Virus record (IMG/VR): IMGVR_UViG_3300022752_000018
Coordinates: 1 to 64,000 of that record
Length of the DNA: 64,000 nt
Reading direction: 5' to 3' (one strand)
From: a virus
Position 1 is the first letter of the stretch. Each line of letters begins with the position of its first letter. This document shows, in pieces, positions 8,041 to 19,100 of this stretch. The translations under genes and the position numbers were made by a program. The notes beneath the pieces were generated by a model, which saw only the letters and a program-made list of their open reading frames with translations, was not told where the DNA came from and ran no database searches.

Positions 8041-10284
8041 CTATCGTAATCCTGCTATTTTTAAAATAGCACCCAATTCACCACTTTCTCTAGTGACTGG
8101 CTTGCCTTTTGGTGGGGGCGCTGTGGCACCATCTGGAGGACTTGGTATATTATTGATTACTCCTTTGTAATTAGGATTGGTTGGCTTTGGTGCTGCTGCT
8201 GATGGTTTATTATAAGCCTGTGATCCTCCACCTGCTCGTGCGTTTCCATAGTTTGGACTCATTTGTCCACTTACAATGCCTTCTTCTGCACCTTGATCAA
8301 AACTTGGTGATTTAATACCTGATAGTTCCAACATACGAGCCTGTTCATAACGTGCGTGATGACGCTCTTTAAGTTTTTCCATTATTCGACCACAGGCACC
8401 TTCTACCATACGATCAAACATTTCTGCTTTAGGATGTTTTGGATCAATACGATATTTTTCCTTTAACTCCTTACACATCTTTGTGACAAAGCCTTCTTCA
8501 CCAATAGTAAATGTACCATTGTTCTCATTGAAGAACCCACTAACACGACTAAAGATTTCATCTACTATACGGTGCATCATCTTTCCTTCCATCATAGGAG
8601 CGGCAGGGTTTGGTACCATTGGTCCTGGTGCTGCTCCACCGGCTGCTGCCATAGGATCCATTGGTGGTGCTGCTGGTGCTGCCATATCAGGAGCAGGCGG
8701 GGCTACAGCTTCGGGAGGTGGGGCTACAGCTTCGGGAGGTGGGGCTACAGCTTCGGGAGGCGGGGCTGCTGGTGCGGCCGCTGGTGGTGGGACAGTTGGG
8801 ACTGGGTCTGCTCCATCAAATCCTAAACGATCACTCAAGTCTGTTCCATTCTCTGCATCATAACTTCTTAAAAACTCATTTATGATTGGTCTAGCATCCA
8901 TTTCATCTAAACCAAGATCAGCTAATAGTTCAAAAGCTTTAGTTAACTTTCTTTCATCTATAATGCCACTAATACTATCCGCAGCATTTGCCCCATTTGT
9001 ACCTAATGGAAGTTCATTATTAAACAATTGCTTAAGCTGTTCTAATGCTTGATTTTGTACTTCTTCGTCACTATTAAACAAATCATCATTTTCACTAACA
9101 ATTTGATTTAAGTATTTTTCAAACATGCTAAATTCTTTAACATTTTTCAGACCTTGTTGAGCAAGATGTTTGGCACGACTATGTCCACCGTGTTTAGCTT
9201 TGTCTCCAGCTTCCTTACCCTTTTTAGGAGGATCTGGTTCAAATGGTGGATGATTGGGATTCTTAGGATCCCAAGGTTCTTTATCACCTTCTAGAATATC
9301 ATCTGCTGATAACTCTTTAATAGGTATTTGTGTTTCATCCACTAATCTATAAATATAAGGAAAGGCATCCTTAAGTTCTTCGTTAAAACTACGTACAGTT
9401 AACCTATCAATCCAATCATTTAATATATCTTCCGGAACATCGTTTTGAGTTCCAACACTAAAATTCTCTTTAAACTGAACATAATGTTTTTGTATTTGTA
9501 GAGCATGTATCTCTTCTTTGATATTTGTAATACGATCAATAACTTTATTTTGTATATTGCCCATATTCTCGCTAACCACAGGGCTGCGATCTACGTAAGT
9601 TTTAAATATTCTTAATTTACCTAATTCTTCACTAAGTCCAATAATATAATTACCAATATCATCAAAAAAACTTCCGCCTTCTGCGATATGACGAGCCATT
9701 GCTCTAGCACCATTTAAGTGTTTTATTGGATAACGAAATCTCTCACCAATTTGATTTTCTACATAGATATTTTCAATATGTTGAGTACGTCCGTTTGGAG
9801 CATTAAAATTAATAGGCTGAGTATGCCTTACTATAATCTTTGCTTCACCCATTTCTTGATAGCTAGTCTTGCTAGTACCAAATAATTTTGATTCATTCAT
9901 ATTATGTTCCTCAAGAGGATCTCTTTTAACTAAATTACTTTGGCTAGGATTTTGAGCATTAAAATTAAGTCCGTGTGTTTGAGCAAACTTGGGCAATATG
10001 GTTCTAATAAATTTGTCCCATGAACTGTTATTAATCTTATCAGTCCATTGAACATCTAAACCAGCACCTCCGTCATCGTCTTCTTGATTCAAACTTATTG
10101 TAACATTAACTAATTTCCTACCATTTTCATCAATAAAATTAAAATTAAATTTACGTGCATCTTTATCTTTCAAATTTACACCGTCAATTGGTTTATCATC
10201 CGCCGTACTTCTACGTAATGATGGAAATCTAGTTTGTAGCTGACGACCCAAATCTATAGCGATACGTTCAAAATTAGCACTCAT
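8041..10284 (-). CDS. hypothetical 747-aa protein with Pro/Ala-rich linkers, possibly an internal head protein
   Basis: Long ORF immediately downstream of terL, preceded by ATAAATA, with two C-terminal L-x-L/I-S/A-G-I/L motifs. Confidence 0.7.
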   Translation of the reverse strand: MSANFERIAIDLGRQLQTRFPSLRRSTADDKPIDGVNLKDKDARKFNFNFIDENGRKLVNVTISLNQEDDDGGAGLDVQWTDKINNSSWDKFIRTILPKFAQTHGLNFNAQNPSQSNLVKRDPLEEHNMNESKLFGTSKTSYQEMGEAKIIVRHTQPINFNAPNGRTQHIENIYVENQIGERFRYPIKHLNGARAMARHIAEGGSFFDDIGNYIIGLSEELGKLRIFKTYVDRSPVVSENMGNIQNKVIDRITNIKEEIHALQIQKHYVQFKENFSVGTQNDVPEDILNDWIDRLTVRSFNEELKDAFPYIYRLVDETQIPIKELSADDILEGDKEPWDPKNPNHPPFEPDPPKKGKEAGDKAKHGGHSRAKHLAQQGLKNVKEFSMFEKYLNQIVSENDDLFNSDEEVQNQALEQLKQLFNNELPLGTNGANAADSISGIIDERKLTKAFELLADLGLDEMDARPIINEFLRSYDAENGTDLSDRLGFDGADPVPTVPPPAAAPAAPPPEAVAPPPEAVAPPPEAVAPPAPDMAAPAAPPMDPMAAAGGAAPGPMVPNPAAPMMEGKMMHRIVDEIFSRVSGFFNENNGTFTIGEEGFVTKMCKELKEKYRIDPKHPKAEMFDRMVEGACGRIMEKLKERHHARYEQARMLELSGIKSPSFDQGAEEGIVSGQMSPNYGNARAGGGSQAYNKPSAAAPKPTNPNYKGVINNIPSPPDGATAPPPKGKPVTRESGELGAILKIAGLR
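8699..8761. repeat. 3 x 21-bp tandem repeat encoding PPPEAVA
   Basis: GGGGCTACAGCTTCGGGAGGT occurs three times in tandem (last base differs in the third copy). Confidence 0.9.
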
Positions 10285-10289
10285 AGTGT

Positions 10290-10296
10290 TATTTAT
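10290..10296 (-). promoter_or_regulatory. late-promoter motif ATAAATA, 5 nt before ATG
   Basis: Minus strand ATAAATA-ACACT-ATG. Confidence 0.55.
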
Positions 10297-11879
10297 TAGA
10301 AACCTTGTGAAACGAATATTGGTAGTGGAGGTGAGAAATCCTCCGCAGTATGTAGACCACTTAGACTTTCAAACACTCTCGGATCCCAATCTGCTACTAG
10401 ATTACTCATTCTACACAGTAATAGCAAAGCACTAACAAGGTCATCATGATCTCCTTCTTTAGCCTTAAAAGTAAATCCATGAGCTATAAATGCTTTAAGT
10501 TCACTGATCATAGGACGACTATATATTTCCATTTGTCCTGTTTCTATTAGTGCTTTTAACCTAGCACAAGCAGCGATTTTAGCACTATGTGTAGTGTTAA
10601 ATCCTTTGCGGAATTTACGTACATGCCCTTTGCGTATAGGTTCACTAACCATAAGTCCAGGAAATTTCTCTTCCCCTTGATCACGTATCACTACTAGACC
10701 TGCTTCCCCTACAGTATTATTTTCTATACTCCAATAAATGTTATTAATATTTCCTTCCATTTGACTAGAAATATAATCTAGTATATCTTTCAATACCTTA
10801 ATTTGTCCTTGAATAGGTGTTATATTATGATACCATTCTGCTACTTGCTTAAAACTAGGCAATTCAAATACTACAATAGCACTGTAATTTCCGCCTGTAC
10901 CTAAACTAGGGTCCAAAGCAACAAGATATAACATTTCTGGATCAATCTTTCTATACCAACGTGTTTGCCCCATTCTAAAAATAGGATCCCGTCCAACTAA
11001 TTCACTTAATCTAATACTGTTGATAAGTGTTTCATCATAGATCAAAAACTCACAGCCGTATTCACGACGAAAACGTTCTTCACCAATACGACCTTGTTCT
11101 TCCCTTGCCCACTGCTCATCACGATCTGGGTGCTCATTCCAACTACAGGTAAATGGAAAGAATCCATTCAATCCTAGTTCTGCCTCATTGCCAAACTCAT
11201 CAAACTTGTTATTAGCTTCTTTCCATATGTTAGCAAAAGTATCCTCATCACTATTTGGTGTGCTAGTAATAATAGCACGACCACCAGTTGCCAATGTTGG
11301 GCTTATTGAAGTCCAAAACTCGTCAGCAATGTTAGGTGGAACAAAAGCGAACTCATCACAATATAGTAGGGATATGGACATACCACGACCAGTATTACCA
11401 GTAGTTGTAGCACTGACAATACGACTACCGTTGTCAAATTCTATACTACCTTTGTTATAGTTAATAACACCACATCGAATAAAATCAGGACACAATTCAT
11501 AAGCATAACGTAGACGCTGCATAATTTCATAAGCACCAGTGTATTTGTGAGCTGCTATAAGAATTGTTTGATCTGGGTTAAACATAGCATACCATAACAA
11601 ATAACACACAGCACAGGTAGTTTTACCCATCTGACGTGGTAGCATATTTACTGTAAATCTATGATTATGATAGGCATACATAAGCCTTTCTTGAAAATCA
11701 AAAGGTTCAAATAACAACTTTCCCCTTACAGGATGTTGAATATAGTAGAAGTTTTTGCTGAAGTGTAGATATCCAGTATCAGGATCGCTACATAGTAGCA
11801 AATCCTGTATCTGTTGTTCTGTAAATTTTTCTTTCTTGTGTGCTTTTTTAGTTAGTACACCATCTAACGACTTAGCCAT
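10296..11879 (-). CDS. terL: terminase large subunit, T4 gp17-like
   Basis: Adenine-binding LFEPFDFQ, Walker A PRQMGKTT, Walker B LLYCDEFAF, coupling motif TSTPN, and nuclease ALDPSLG...HDDLV. Confidence 0.96.
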   Translation of the reverse strand: MAKSLDGVLTKKAHKKEKFTEQQIQDLLLCSDPDTGYLHFSKNFYYIQHPVRGKLLFEPFDFQERLMYAYHNHRFTVNMLPRQMGKTTCAVCYLLWYAMFNPDQTILIAAHKYTGAYEIMQRLRYAYELCPDFIRCGVINYNKGSIEFDNGSRIVSATTTGNTGRGMSISLLYCDEFAFVPPNIADEFWTSISPTLATGGRAIITSTPNSDEDTFANIWKEANNKFDEFGNEAELGLNGFFPFTCSWNEHPDRDEQWAREEQGRIGEERFRREYGCEFLIYDETLINSIRLSELVGRDPIFRMGQTRWYRKIDPEMLYLVALDPSLGTGGNYSAIVVFELPSFKQVAEWYHNITPIQGQIKVLKDILDYISSQMEGNINNIYWSIENNTVGEAGLVVIRDQGEEKFPGLMVSEPIRKGHVRKFRKGFNTTHSAKIAACARLKALIETGQMEIYSRPMISELKAFIAHGFTFKAKEGDHDDLVSALLLLCRMSNLVADWDPRVFESLSGLHTAEDFSPPLPIFVSQGF

Positions 11880-12433
11880 TATCTAGTTTTTACTTCTTTA
11901 TACAAATTAACTAACTTGCCCTTAAGAGTTTCTGCTAAAGGATTACCGCCACCATTTACTTTAGGTGCTTCACGGCCTTTACTGTTCATATCATCACCTG
12001 TAGATAATACAGCATCCATGCCACTCATTTCTGGTTGAGGCGTATTGGCATATTCTTCATCCATATCTGGCTCTTTTCCAAACATTGGTTTTTTATCGGG
12101 CATTCCGTGATCCATATCGCTATCTGGACCCATATCATCACCATGTTCTTGTCCATCTACGCCCACTAATACACCTGCTAGGCTTGCATCTGGACTATTA
12201 TCGCCGCCTGGCATATCATCTCCCCTACCTTGAAGTATATTAAGTAATTCACGAATGCCTTCAGCGCCACTAGCGTTCATATTAACACTCATGGTAGTTG
12301 GGCGTTCATCCATACCTCCTAATGGGCTCATACCCATCATACCACATTCTTCAACAGGCTGTTCACTTTCATTAAGTACTTGACGACCTTGATCCAGTGC
12401 TGCTATTTTTTTATAAAGTTTATTAAAATCCAT
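11879..12433 (-). CDS. hypothetical acidic, low-complexity protein (184 aa)
   Basis: ORF coupled to the terL start; rich in M, D, G and P. Confidence 0.65.
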   Translation of the reverse strand: MDFNKLYKKIAALDQGRQVLNESEQPVEECGMMGMSPLGGMDERPTTMSVNMNASGAEGIRELLNILQGRGDDMPGGDNSPDASLAGVLVGVDGQEHGDDMGPDSDMDHGMPDKKPMFGKEPDMDEEYANTPQPEMSGMDAVLSTGDDMNSKGREAPKVNGGGNPLAETLKGKLVNLYKEVKTR

Positions 12434-12444
12434 ATTAGCGTCCT

Positions 12445-13002
12445 TTACTTTGACTTAGGTGCTGATGCAGTAGGAGCGCTTTTGGCTAATAATTGATCAT
12501 TTACACCTTTATATTCTGTTCCATTATGATTACTTTTACTCAATTCTTTTAAAAAGCTCATCATTTTTTTCTCACCTACTAAATCTTGACCATTAACATC
12601 TTCTAAATTTGCGTTATTTAAAAGTGCAGGAGCTTTAGTACCTATTCTATTTTTTCCTGCTATTGAATAATCTTGATCTAATTGTTCAAGCTCTGTTCTT
12701 ACTATGATATTACCACTACTCATTCTTAGTGTTTCTGCTAGTCTAGCTGCAATTTCTTGTGTAGTACTAGGATAATTACAGGTAATATCAAATATGTTCA
12801 CATGAGTAAACTTAAGATTTGGAAAATCTAACGGACTTTCAGTGATTGGGGTTCTTTTTGGTGCGCTTACATTTACACAATCAAATTTACTCAATGAAAT
12901 TTTGATAGCTTCCCTAATTTTTTTGTCTACATCTCCGGCAATTTTCACCTTAAATGTATAGACTTTTTTACTTTCTATAAGATATTGTTTAAAAGTACTC
13001 AT
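12445..13002 (-). CDS. hypothetical protein (185 aa)
   Basis: ORF in the late gene cluster, with a TAAATA motif upstream (13021-13027). Confidence 0.65.
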   Translation of the reverse strand: MSTFKQYLIESKKVYTFKVKIAGDVDKKIREAIKISLSKFDCVNVSAPKRTPITESPLDFPNLKFTHVNIFDITCNYPSTTQEIAARLAETLRMSSGNIIVRTELEQLDQDYSIAGKNRIGTKAPALLNNANLEDVNGQDLVGEKKMMSFLKELSKSNHNGTEYKGVNDQLLAKSAPTASAPKSK

Positions 13003-13023
13003 GTTTATTCCATTATACTATAT

Positions 13024-13500
13024 TTATTTAATATTCTTTAATTTTTCAAGTAGGCTATTGCGATCAGTAACTATATATCCATCCCCTGGAATATTAACAC
13101 CTTTAATAGCCTCTGCTTCTGCATCTTGATCTAGTTTAGCTTTCTTAATCTGTAGTTCAATCATCTTGAGTTTTTTGTCCATCTTTGCTGCTTTAGCTTC
13201 AATAGCATTCTTAAGCATGGTTCCTGCTACTTCAAAAATACGACCACTATATCTAGCCTCTACATTCATACCTAAGTCCATTAGATCATCATAAGCATTA
13301 GTGGCACGTTGGGCTAAATCATCAAATTCTGTATCACTTAGATCACCTAAACCCTTAACCTGTGGTAGAGCGGCACTGATTTTATCAAATTCGGCTATGT
13401 CACGCATAAAAGATTCAGGCTTTTCATGCTGTTTCCTTTCTTCTTTTATGATTTTCTTGTTCTCTGGCAGATTTAAAATTTCTTCGAGTTTTTTAGTCAT
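13024..13500 (-). CDS. probable terminase small subunit, T4 gp16-like
   Basis: Helical core RIFEVAGTMLKNAIEAK resembles the gp16-family R-x-Y/F-EVAG-x-L-I/L-K segment. It has a coiled coil and a short C-terminal strand, and lies near terL. Confidence 0.6.
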   Translation of the reverse strand: MTKKLEEILNLPENKKIIKEERKQHEKPESFMRDIAEFDKISAALPQVKGLGDLSDTEFDDLAQRATNAYDDLMDLGMNVEARYSGRIFEVAGTMLKNAIEAKAAKMDKKLKMIELQIKKAKLDQDAEAEAIKGVNIPGDGYIVTDRNSLLEKLKNIK

Positions 13501-13504
13501 AAAC

Positions 13505-13511
13505 TATTTAT
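13505..13511 (-). promoter_or_regulatory. late-promoter motif ATAAATA, 4 nt before ATG
   Basis: Minus strand ATAAATA-GTTT-ATG. Confidence 0.5.
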
Positions 13512-13945
13512 CTTGATTTGCCCTGATGAAAAATATCTGTTTCATTTAGGACTCTAAACCGTATACCATTGTTTCTACACCACTGTGTGGCAGCTGCCCA
13601 TTTAGCTTGATTAACTATATATGCTGTGGCTCTGGCTGCATTTTTACCTACTTTTTCCATTATTTGTTGATTTTGAGGTTTAATTTCAATAAGCTCACTA
13701 ATCATTTTGCCAGATTTGTCTGTATATTGTATAAAAAAATCTGGCACATATACTGTTTGTCTATTTGTAACAGGGTTCCTATATGGTATTTTAATAGCTT
13801 CACTGGCCCATCTTTGTATGTTATTATTATTATCGCAAAAATTCATAAATGCCCATTCCCAACTACTTCTATACAAGGGAGAGGAATTACCTACATATTT
13901 TTGAGGATTCTTAGGAGTGAATTTGCCTTTAGCAAATTTACTCAT
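13508..13945 (-). CDS. head completion nuclease, T4 gp4-like (TnsA-N/PD-(D/E)xK fold)
   Basis: YRSSWE, WASE...IPY, YVPDF and LIEIKP motifs. Confidence 0.85.
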   Translation of the reverse strand: MSKFAKGKFTPKNPQKYVGNSSPLYRSSWEWAFMNFCDNNNNIQRWASEAIKIPYRNPVTNRQTVYVPDFFIQYTDKSGKMISELIEIKPQNQQIMEKVGKNAARATAYIVNQAKWAAATQWCRNNGIRFRVLNETDIFHQGKSR

Positions 13946-14307
13946 ACAAGTATATTTCTACTTTCAAAAGTTTCATCTGTCCTCACTACTTTAAATCCTA
14001 GGACACTTGTTTGTGTTCTATTAGCATTTAAAATTTGTGTTATAATTACACCTAATTGAGCATCTGAAAGATTATTAAGTTTTTCTAATAATTCAAACAC
14101 ATTTACATTATCTATTCTAGATTGATTTAGTAAAACTATACTAGTACTTCTAGCAGCGAGATCATCAAATCCTCTTTTAACAAAAAAAGAATAGACTGCA
14201 TCTATTAAATTACTTGGAAAACTGATTTCTTTATCGAAATAGTTATTAAAAAACTGCCTAATTTCCTGTTTACCTTCATCCTTTTCAGTTGGTAAATTAG
14301 AGTTCAT
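13942..14307 (-). CDS. hypothetical protein (121 aa)
   Basis: ORF coupled to its neighbours by ATGA overlaps. Confidence 0.65.
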   Translation of the reverse strand: MNSNLPTEKDEGKQEIRQFFNNYFDKEISFPSNLIDAVYSFFVKRGFDDLAARSTSIVLLNQSRIDNVNVFELLEKLNNLSDAQLGVIITQILNANRTQTSVLGFKVVRTDETFESRNILV

Positions 14308-15380
14308 ACTCCCCCTCCTGCAGGTTGATTTAAATTAACATTACTTAGGGTTGCATCTGTTTTAGTTTCTTTATTTGGAAGAGGAACTTTAATGCTTCCA
14401 AGCCCACCACTTAAAATAGCACCAGCACCACCAATAGCAGCAGCAACAGCAATCCCAGTTAATTCCTGTTTAGCGCCTTGTTTATTAATATTCTTAGCAT
14501 TTTGATATGTATTAATTGCGCCAATAGCTGCGCCTAAATAATCACCTTTAGCAGCTTGATCCAATACAGTACCTACCCCATCAAAAACACCTCCAACACC
14601 AAAAATATTTCTTGAACCACCGCCTAACGGACTTAATGGACTTGGTGATCTATCATAGTGGTCTTGTCCAAATCCTTTAACTTGTCCACTTTCTACTGTA
14701 CCTGTATTGTACTTCACTGCTTCAAAATTAATTGTCATTTGACATTCTGCTGGTACACCGCCCTGATCGCTACTTGATACTTGATCATGAGTAAAACTTT
14801 GAATAAGAGGATTTATTAAGGTGTAACTTACAAACTCACGCTTATTAATTTGATATAAGGTTATCTCATTAAAAAAAGGTATAGTACTATTGTTATCAAA
14901 ACCATGAGGACCACGAATATAATTGTATCCTTTATATGCTGATCTCTCATAGGCACCAGTTACTTCTGCTGTAACTGAATCTGCGTAATAATACTTGTAG
15001 TATGATTGCCACATCATATTAACAATATGTGCTCTATCATCTATAAATCTAAAAGTCATAGGACCAAAATCATGAGTTAATTGTACAACTTTTTTCCTAT
15101 TATATTGATTTACAGTTTGAGTCCTTACATTAAACCTAGGAAGATCTACACTCTTAACTAATAAACCCAATTCTACTCTATGACGTTGTGTTAACTGAGG
15201 CATTAACACTGCGCTACTGTTTATGTCAAAATAAACATGATAAAGAAATTTAGCCTTAGGTGCTAACCTAAAATAATCATCTACAAATGTACGAGCAGCA
15301 TGTTGCCAATCACCCATTTGGCCTTTAGGACGTAAAAATGCGTGTCCTATTTGATTTAAATATGCATTCAACTTTGGCAT
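14304..15380 (-). CDS. tube-fold baseplate protein (gp54/gp48-like tail tube initiator or cap)
   Basis: VKSVDLPRFNV...NQYNRKKVVQ....FGPMTFRFIDD resembles gp19/gp54 tube folds; lies directly downstream of the tail tube gene. Confidence 0.6.
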   Translation of the reverse strand: MPKLNAYLNQIGHAFLRPKGQMGDWQHAARTFVDDYFRLAPKAKFLYHVYFDINSSAVLMPQLTQRHRVELGLLVKSVDLPRFNVRTQTVNQYNRKKVVQLTHDFGPMTFRFIDDRAHIVNMMWQSYYKYYYADSVTAEVTGAYERSAYKGYNYIRGPHGFDNNSTIPFFNEITLYQINKREFVSYTLINPLIQSFTHDQVSSSDQGGVPAECQMTINFEAVKYNTGTVESGQVKGFGQDHYDRSPSPLSPLGGGSRNIFGVGGVFDGVGTVLDQAAKGDYLGAAIGAINTYQNAKNINKQGAKQELTGIAVAAAIGGAGAILSGGLGSIKVPLPNKETKTDATLSNVNLNQPAGGGV

Positions 15381-15385
15381 ACTAA

Positions 15386-15392
15386 TATTTAG
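15386..15392 (-). promoter_or_regulatory. late-promoter motif CTAAATA, 5 nt before ATG
   Basis: Minus strand CTAAATA-TTAGT-ATG. Confidence 0.55.
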
Positions 15393-15431
15393 TAATAGTA
15401 ATTAAAGTACACTATAATCAAAATAGTCAAT

Positions 15432-15454
15432 AAAAAAGGGCTCGAAAGCCCTTT
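15432..15454 (-). terminator. rho-independent terminator with UUCG loop
   Basis: Minus strand GGGCT-TTCG-AGCCC-TTTTTT after the tail tube gene. Confidence 0.85.
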
Positions 15455-15471
15455 GTTTATTTGTATAAAAA

Positions 15472-16122
15472 TTATACACCAGTACCAGTAGCAATACCAC
15501 CGTTTCCTGGTAGTCTTGATCTGATTTCCTGAGTTGGGACAACAATACCAACACCAGTTCCTTTTGGAATCTGTATACAGTTATCTGGTTGTATTGTTAA
15601 ATCAATAGTTTGTGGAGCAGCCTCAGCATAGCTCAAACTCTGCCAATTACATTGTGTTACATAGCATCCATAGCACTCCCAAGTTTCTAAAACATTAGGA
15701 TTAAACGCACCGTTACCACCTTCTGTTATTTCAATTCTCATTAGGAATTTATAATCAGCAGCGGCAGCAGCACTAGCTTGCTCGAAGAAATCAAACTGTT
15801 TCTGCATTTGTTCACCGACCAGTCTGCTAACATTACCACTTTGATCGTCTCTAAGTACAACTTGGATAGTCTGCCATGTAACTTTACCCGCATAATTAAT
15901 CTTACTATTGTAAGTTTCAATTACTTGATTTTGAAACTGGGCATTTGGTTTGGCCGCAGTTTGTACTTGCTTGGTAAGTTCTGTAGTTGGTGTACTAGTT
16001 CCAAAGTTCTCAAACATAATTCTAAAACGATATTTGAGTTTAGGCATTAACATGCCTTGTGTTGTTGCGCTAGAATCACTAGCTAGTGGTACTGTAAATT
16101 TGTTTAATGTTGCGATTGCCAT
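15472..16122 (-). CDS. tail tube protein, T4 gp19-like
   Basis: Lies immediately downstream of the sheath gene. Contains KYRFRI, YAGKVTWQTIQVVLRDD, ETWECYGCY and LSYA motifs. Confidence 0.82.
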   Translation of the reverse strand: MAIATLNKFTVPLASDSSATTQGMLMPKLKYRFRIMFENFGTSTPTTELTKQVQTAAKPNAQFQNQVIETYNSKINYAGKVTWQTIQVVLRDDQSGNVSRLVGEQMQKQFDFFEQASAAAAADYKFLMRIEITEGGNGAFNPNVLETWECYGCYVTQCNWQSLSYAEAAPQTIDLTIQPDNCIQIPKGTGVGIVVPTQEIRSRLPGNGGIATGTGV

Positions 16123-16153
16123 AGTTTCAAGCTCCGTTATTATTATTTATGTC

Positions 16154-19100
16154 TTATAGACCAGCAATTTCACCAGTATTCTTCAATCTCAGAGGAATAT
16201 ATATAAATTCCACTGCTTTAACTGGTTCAATGGCAACATCTACCCAAAGTTCACCCTTATCAATTCTACTTGGCGTATTATTTGAATCATCACAGACCAC
16301 GATATAATCATATAATGCTCTTTGACCGACTAATTCAAGCATGAGACTTTCAATAGCACCTCTTATTTCGTCTCTTGTGATTTTATCATTAGGTTCAAAA
16401 ATGTAAGGTTTAGCTAAAATATCAAGTTGTCTACGTAGGTATAATACAAGTCTTGACACATTAATTCTATCCATAGCACTTGAGATCTTAGCTCTTGTCT
16501 TTTGACCGAAATTAACTAATCCTGCACCTGTAAAGAATGTTATAGGATTAATTTTAACTTCATATAATGTATCACGTTGTCCTGTATTTAGGGCAACTGT
16601 TACAAATTCACCTTCTTTACCTACATATCCTACACTTGTAGCATTTGTAATTCCACCCCTACGTGTACCTGCTGGGGCGAACCAAGGAAAACTTACAGCA
16701 TCACTTACGGCTATAGTTCTTAAAATCATATGACTTGGTGGAACAACAATATTACGACCAAAATTATCACTAGTGAATCCCCATGGATAGAACATACCTA
16801 AATATTCATCATAGCTAGCACCACCTAAATCATTATCTTCTACTGATAACTTAAGATTGTCGCCCCAAGCTTTCAAACTTGTAGCATCTGGAGTTAATCT
16901 TGATGGAGTATCACCTACTATAAATGCTGTTAATCCTCTGTCAAAATTCAAGCTAATTAATTCACCAATTAGTTCTGGATATCCTGGACAAGCACTTAAA
17001 TTGAATATTCTAGCCTCTTCCCTGATATCTTTTGATGTGTTTACTACTTTTTGTAATGAATCAATTACTACTCTACGCTGAGCTAATCTACCGAAATTAC
17101 CAGAACCATCTTGTTTATTTCCACTTATAGTTACCCAACGATGTGGATAATAGTTGCTCATAATTGGATTATAGGCATCCCCGTTACCGTCAATTAACTT
17201 AATTCTTACATTTCTTGTATTTGTATCAATATAGTTGTGTACGAACTTTTTAACATTAAAACCACTACGTCTCATATTCCAAAGTAACATACCTTTTGGA
17301 TACAGTGCAGGATCTGGACAATCTGGATCTACATGATCTGATAATAATAAATCTGCTATTCTACCAGCTTCCTTGCCTTGACCTGTAGTATTCCATCTTG
17401 CATCAAAAAAGATTATACCCTCTTCACTTGTTTGATCTGATGTATTAACTAATACCCATCTAGTTACAATTGGTCCTGGTTTACTATTATCAAATCTAAA
17501 TAATCTAGGATATGCGTCAATGTCACTAATATCAACCCATAAATCATAGTCAACGAGTGGGCTTACTCCATCACTTTGTTTAGAAGGTGCGCCTGAACTT
17601 ACAATTGGGCCAGCAGCATTGGTGTTAGGATATAATTCTCTATACCCTACCCATTTTTGTCCATTGTGAACCATAATATCTACATCTTCTGTAATACTAT
17701 TATACCATAAAGTCTGATCAACTGTTAAGCTTGTTACAGGTTCAAAAGATGCTGTATACTTTAATGGCTCCCATAATGATGCTGTAAATCTATAATCACC
17801 ACCATAAGCGTCAAAATCATAAAGATTAGGATTTGTTTCTCCGGCAAACATGACTTCGATCATATCAGTACCAGATACTCCTGTTTCATCTTGAATTCTA
17901 AAATCGTTGCCCAATCTATGACGAATAACAACTTTGTTTTCTGAATTGACTTCAGCAATTAAATTATCAAAACCAATATTATTAATCGCACCAGCAATGC
18001 CATCTGCATCATCTGCTGTATTTGTTAACATATAAGATACTAACTTAGAAGTTGATAACTGATCTGTGCCAGCTAATCCTTCTGCCATTCTAAATTCAAT
18101 ATAATCACCTGCACTTAATCCAGGAAAAATATTTTCTTCAATTCTTATGCTAGTTACAATTGTAGCACCAGATGCTCTTTTTCTAAAAATTCTATAGTCT
18201 GCTATAGCCTTCTTATCTGGGAAAGGTATTTGAATCCATTGACTACTTGGTGGTTCATTGGTTCCTAAACTACTTGTGTGACTAGTAACACATCTATAGG
18301 ATAAACCAGCATAAAATACTTTATCACCTACGTCGTAATTTTCATTATCAGCCCAATTATCGATATTACCAGAATGTAAACTTGTTTCACCTTCTTCTAC
18401 ATTATATTTTGCGTATAAAGAACCTACACTTAATCTAGAGCCACCTGATTTGTCTAATTCATAAATGGCGCTATGGCCGTTAGCAGCAAATACTACAGGC
18501 ATTCTTACCCATGTTTTACTTTCTGTACTGTATCTTTTAACATTTAAACTTATACCATTACTTGGTTCTGTGCTTTTTATCCAAACACTACCACTAGGTC
18601 TTGGAGTTGAATCTGTTAGTTTAAATTGAGGAACTTGTGTGTGTTTACTAGTCACAAGGACTGGAGAATTCAATGTGCCTACCGTCAATCCTAGATCAGG
18701 AATAGCATTACCGGATATACTAGCATTTTGAACAAATCTACTTAAGTATAAAGCCAATCTTCCATTCTTTGTTACACCAGCTTTTAAATAGTCACTGAAG
18801 GAATTAATTTCATTGGCTATATCTTCAGCGGTACCTTTTGTGATGGATAAATTTTCTAAGGCTGATGATCCATAGGCATTAAATGTAAGTATTCTTGGAT
18901 TACCATTCGTAAAGGCAGTCAACAGAGGAGATAAATCAGCTTTTGAAGATACAGCTACTGGCCAACTTTCTGCCCAATCTTCACTACCAACCTTTACCCA
19001 TGTTCCGGACTGTAGTCCAAACATATTACCTGGACTCTTAAACCATAATACATCTTGATCAGCATACTCAGTGTCCAAATTATGTAAACTAACAACTGCG

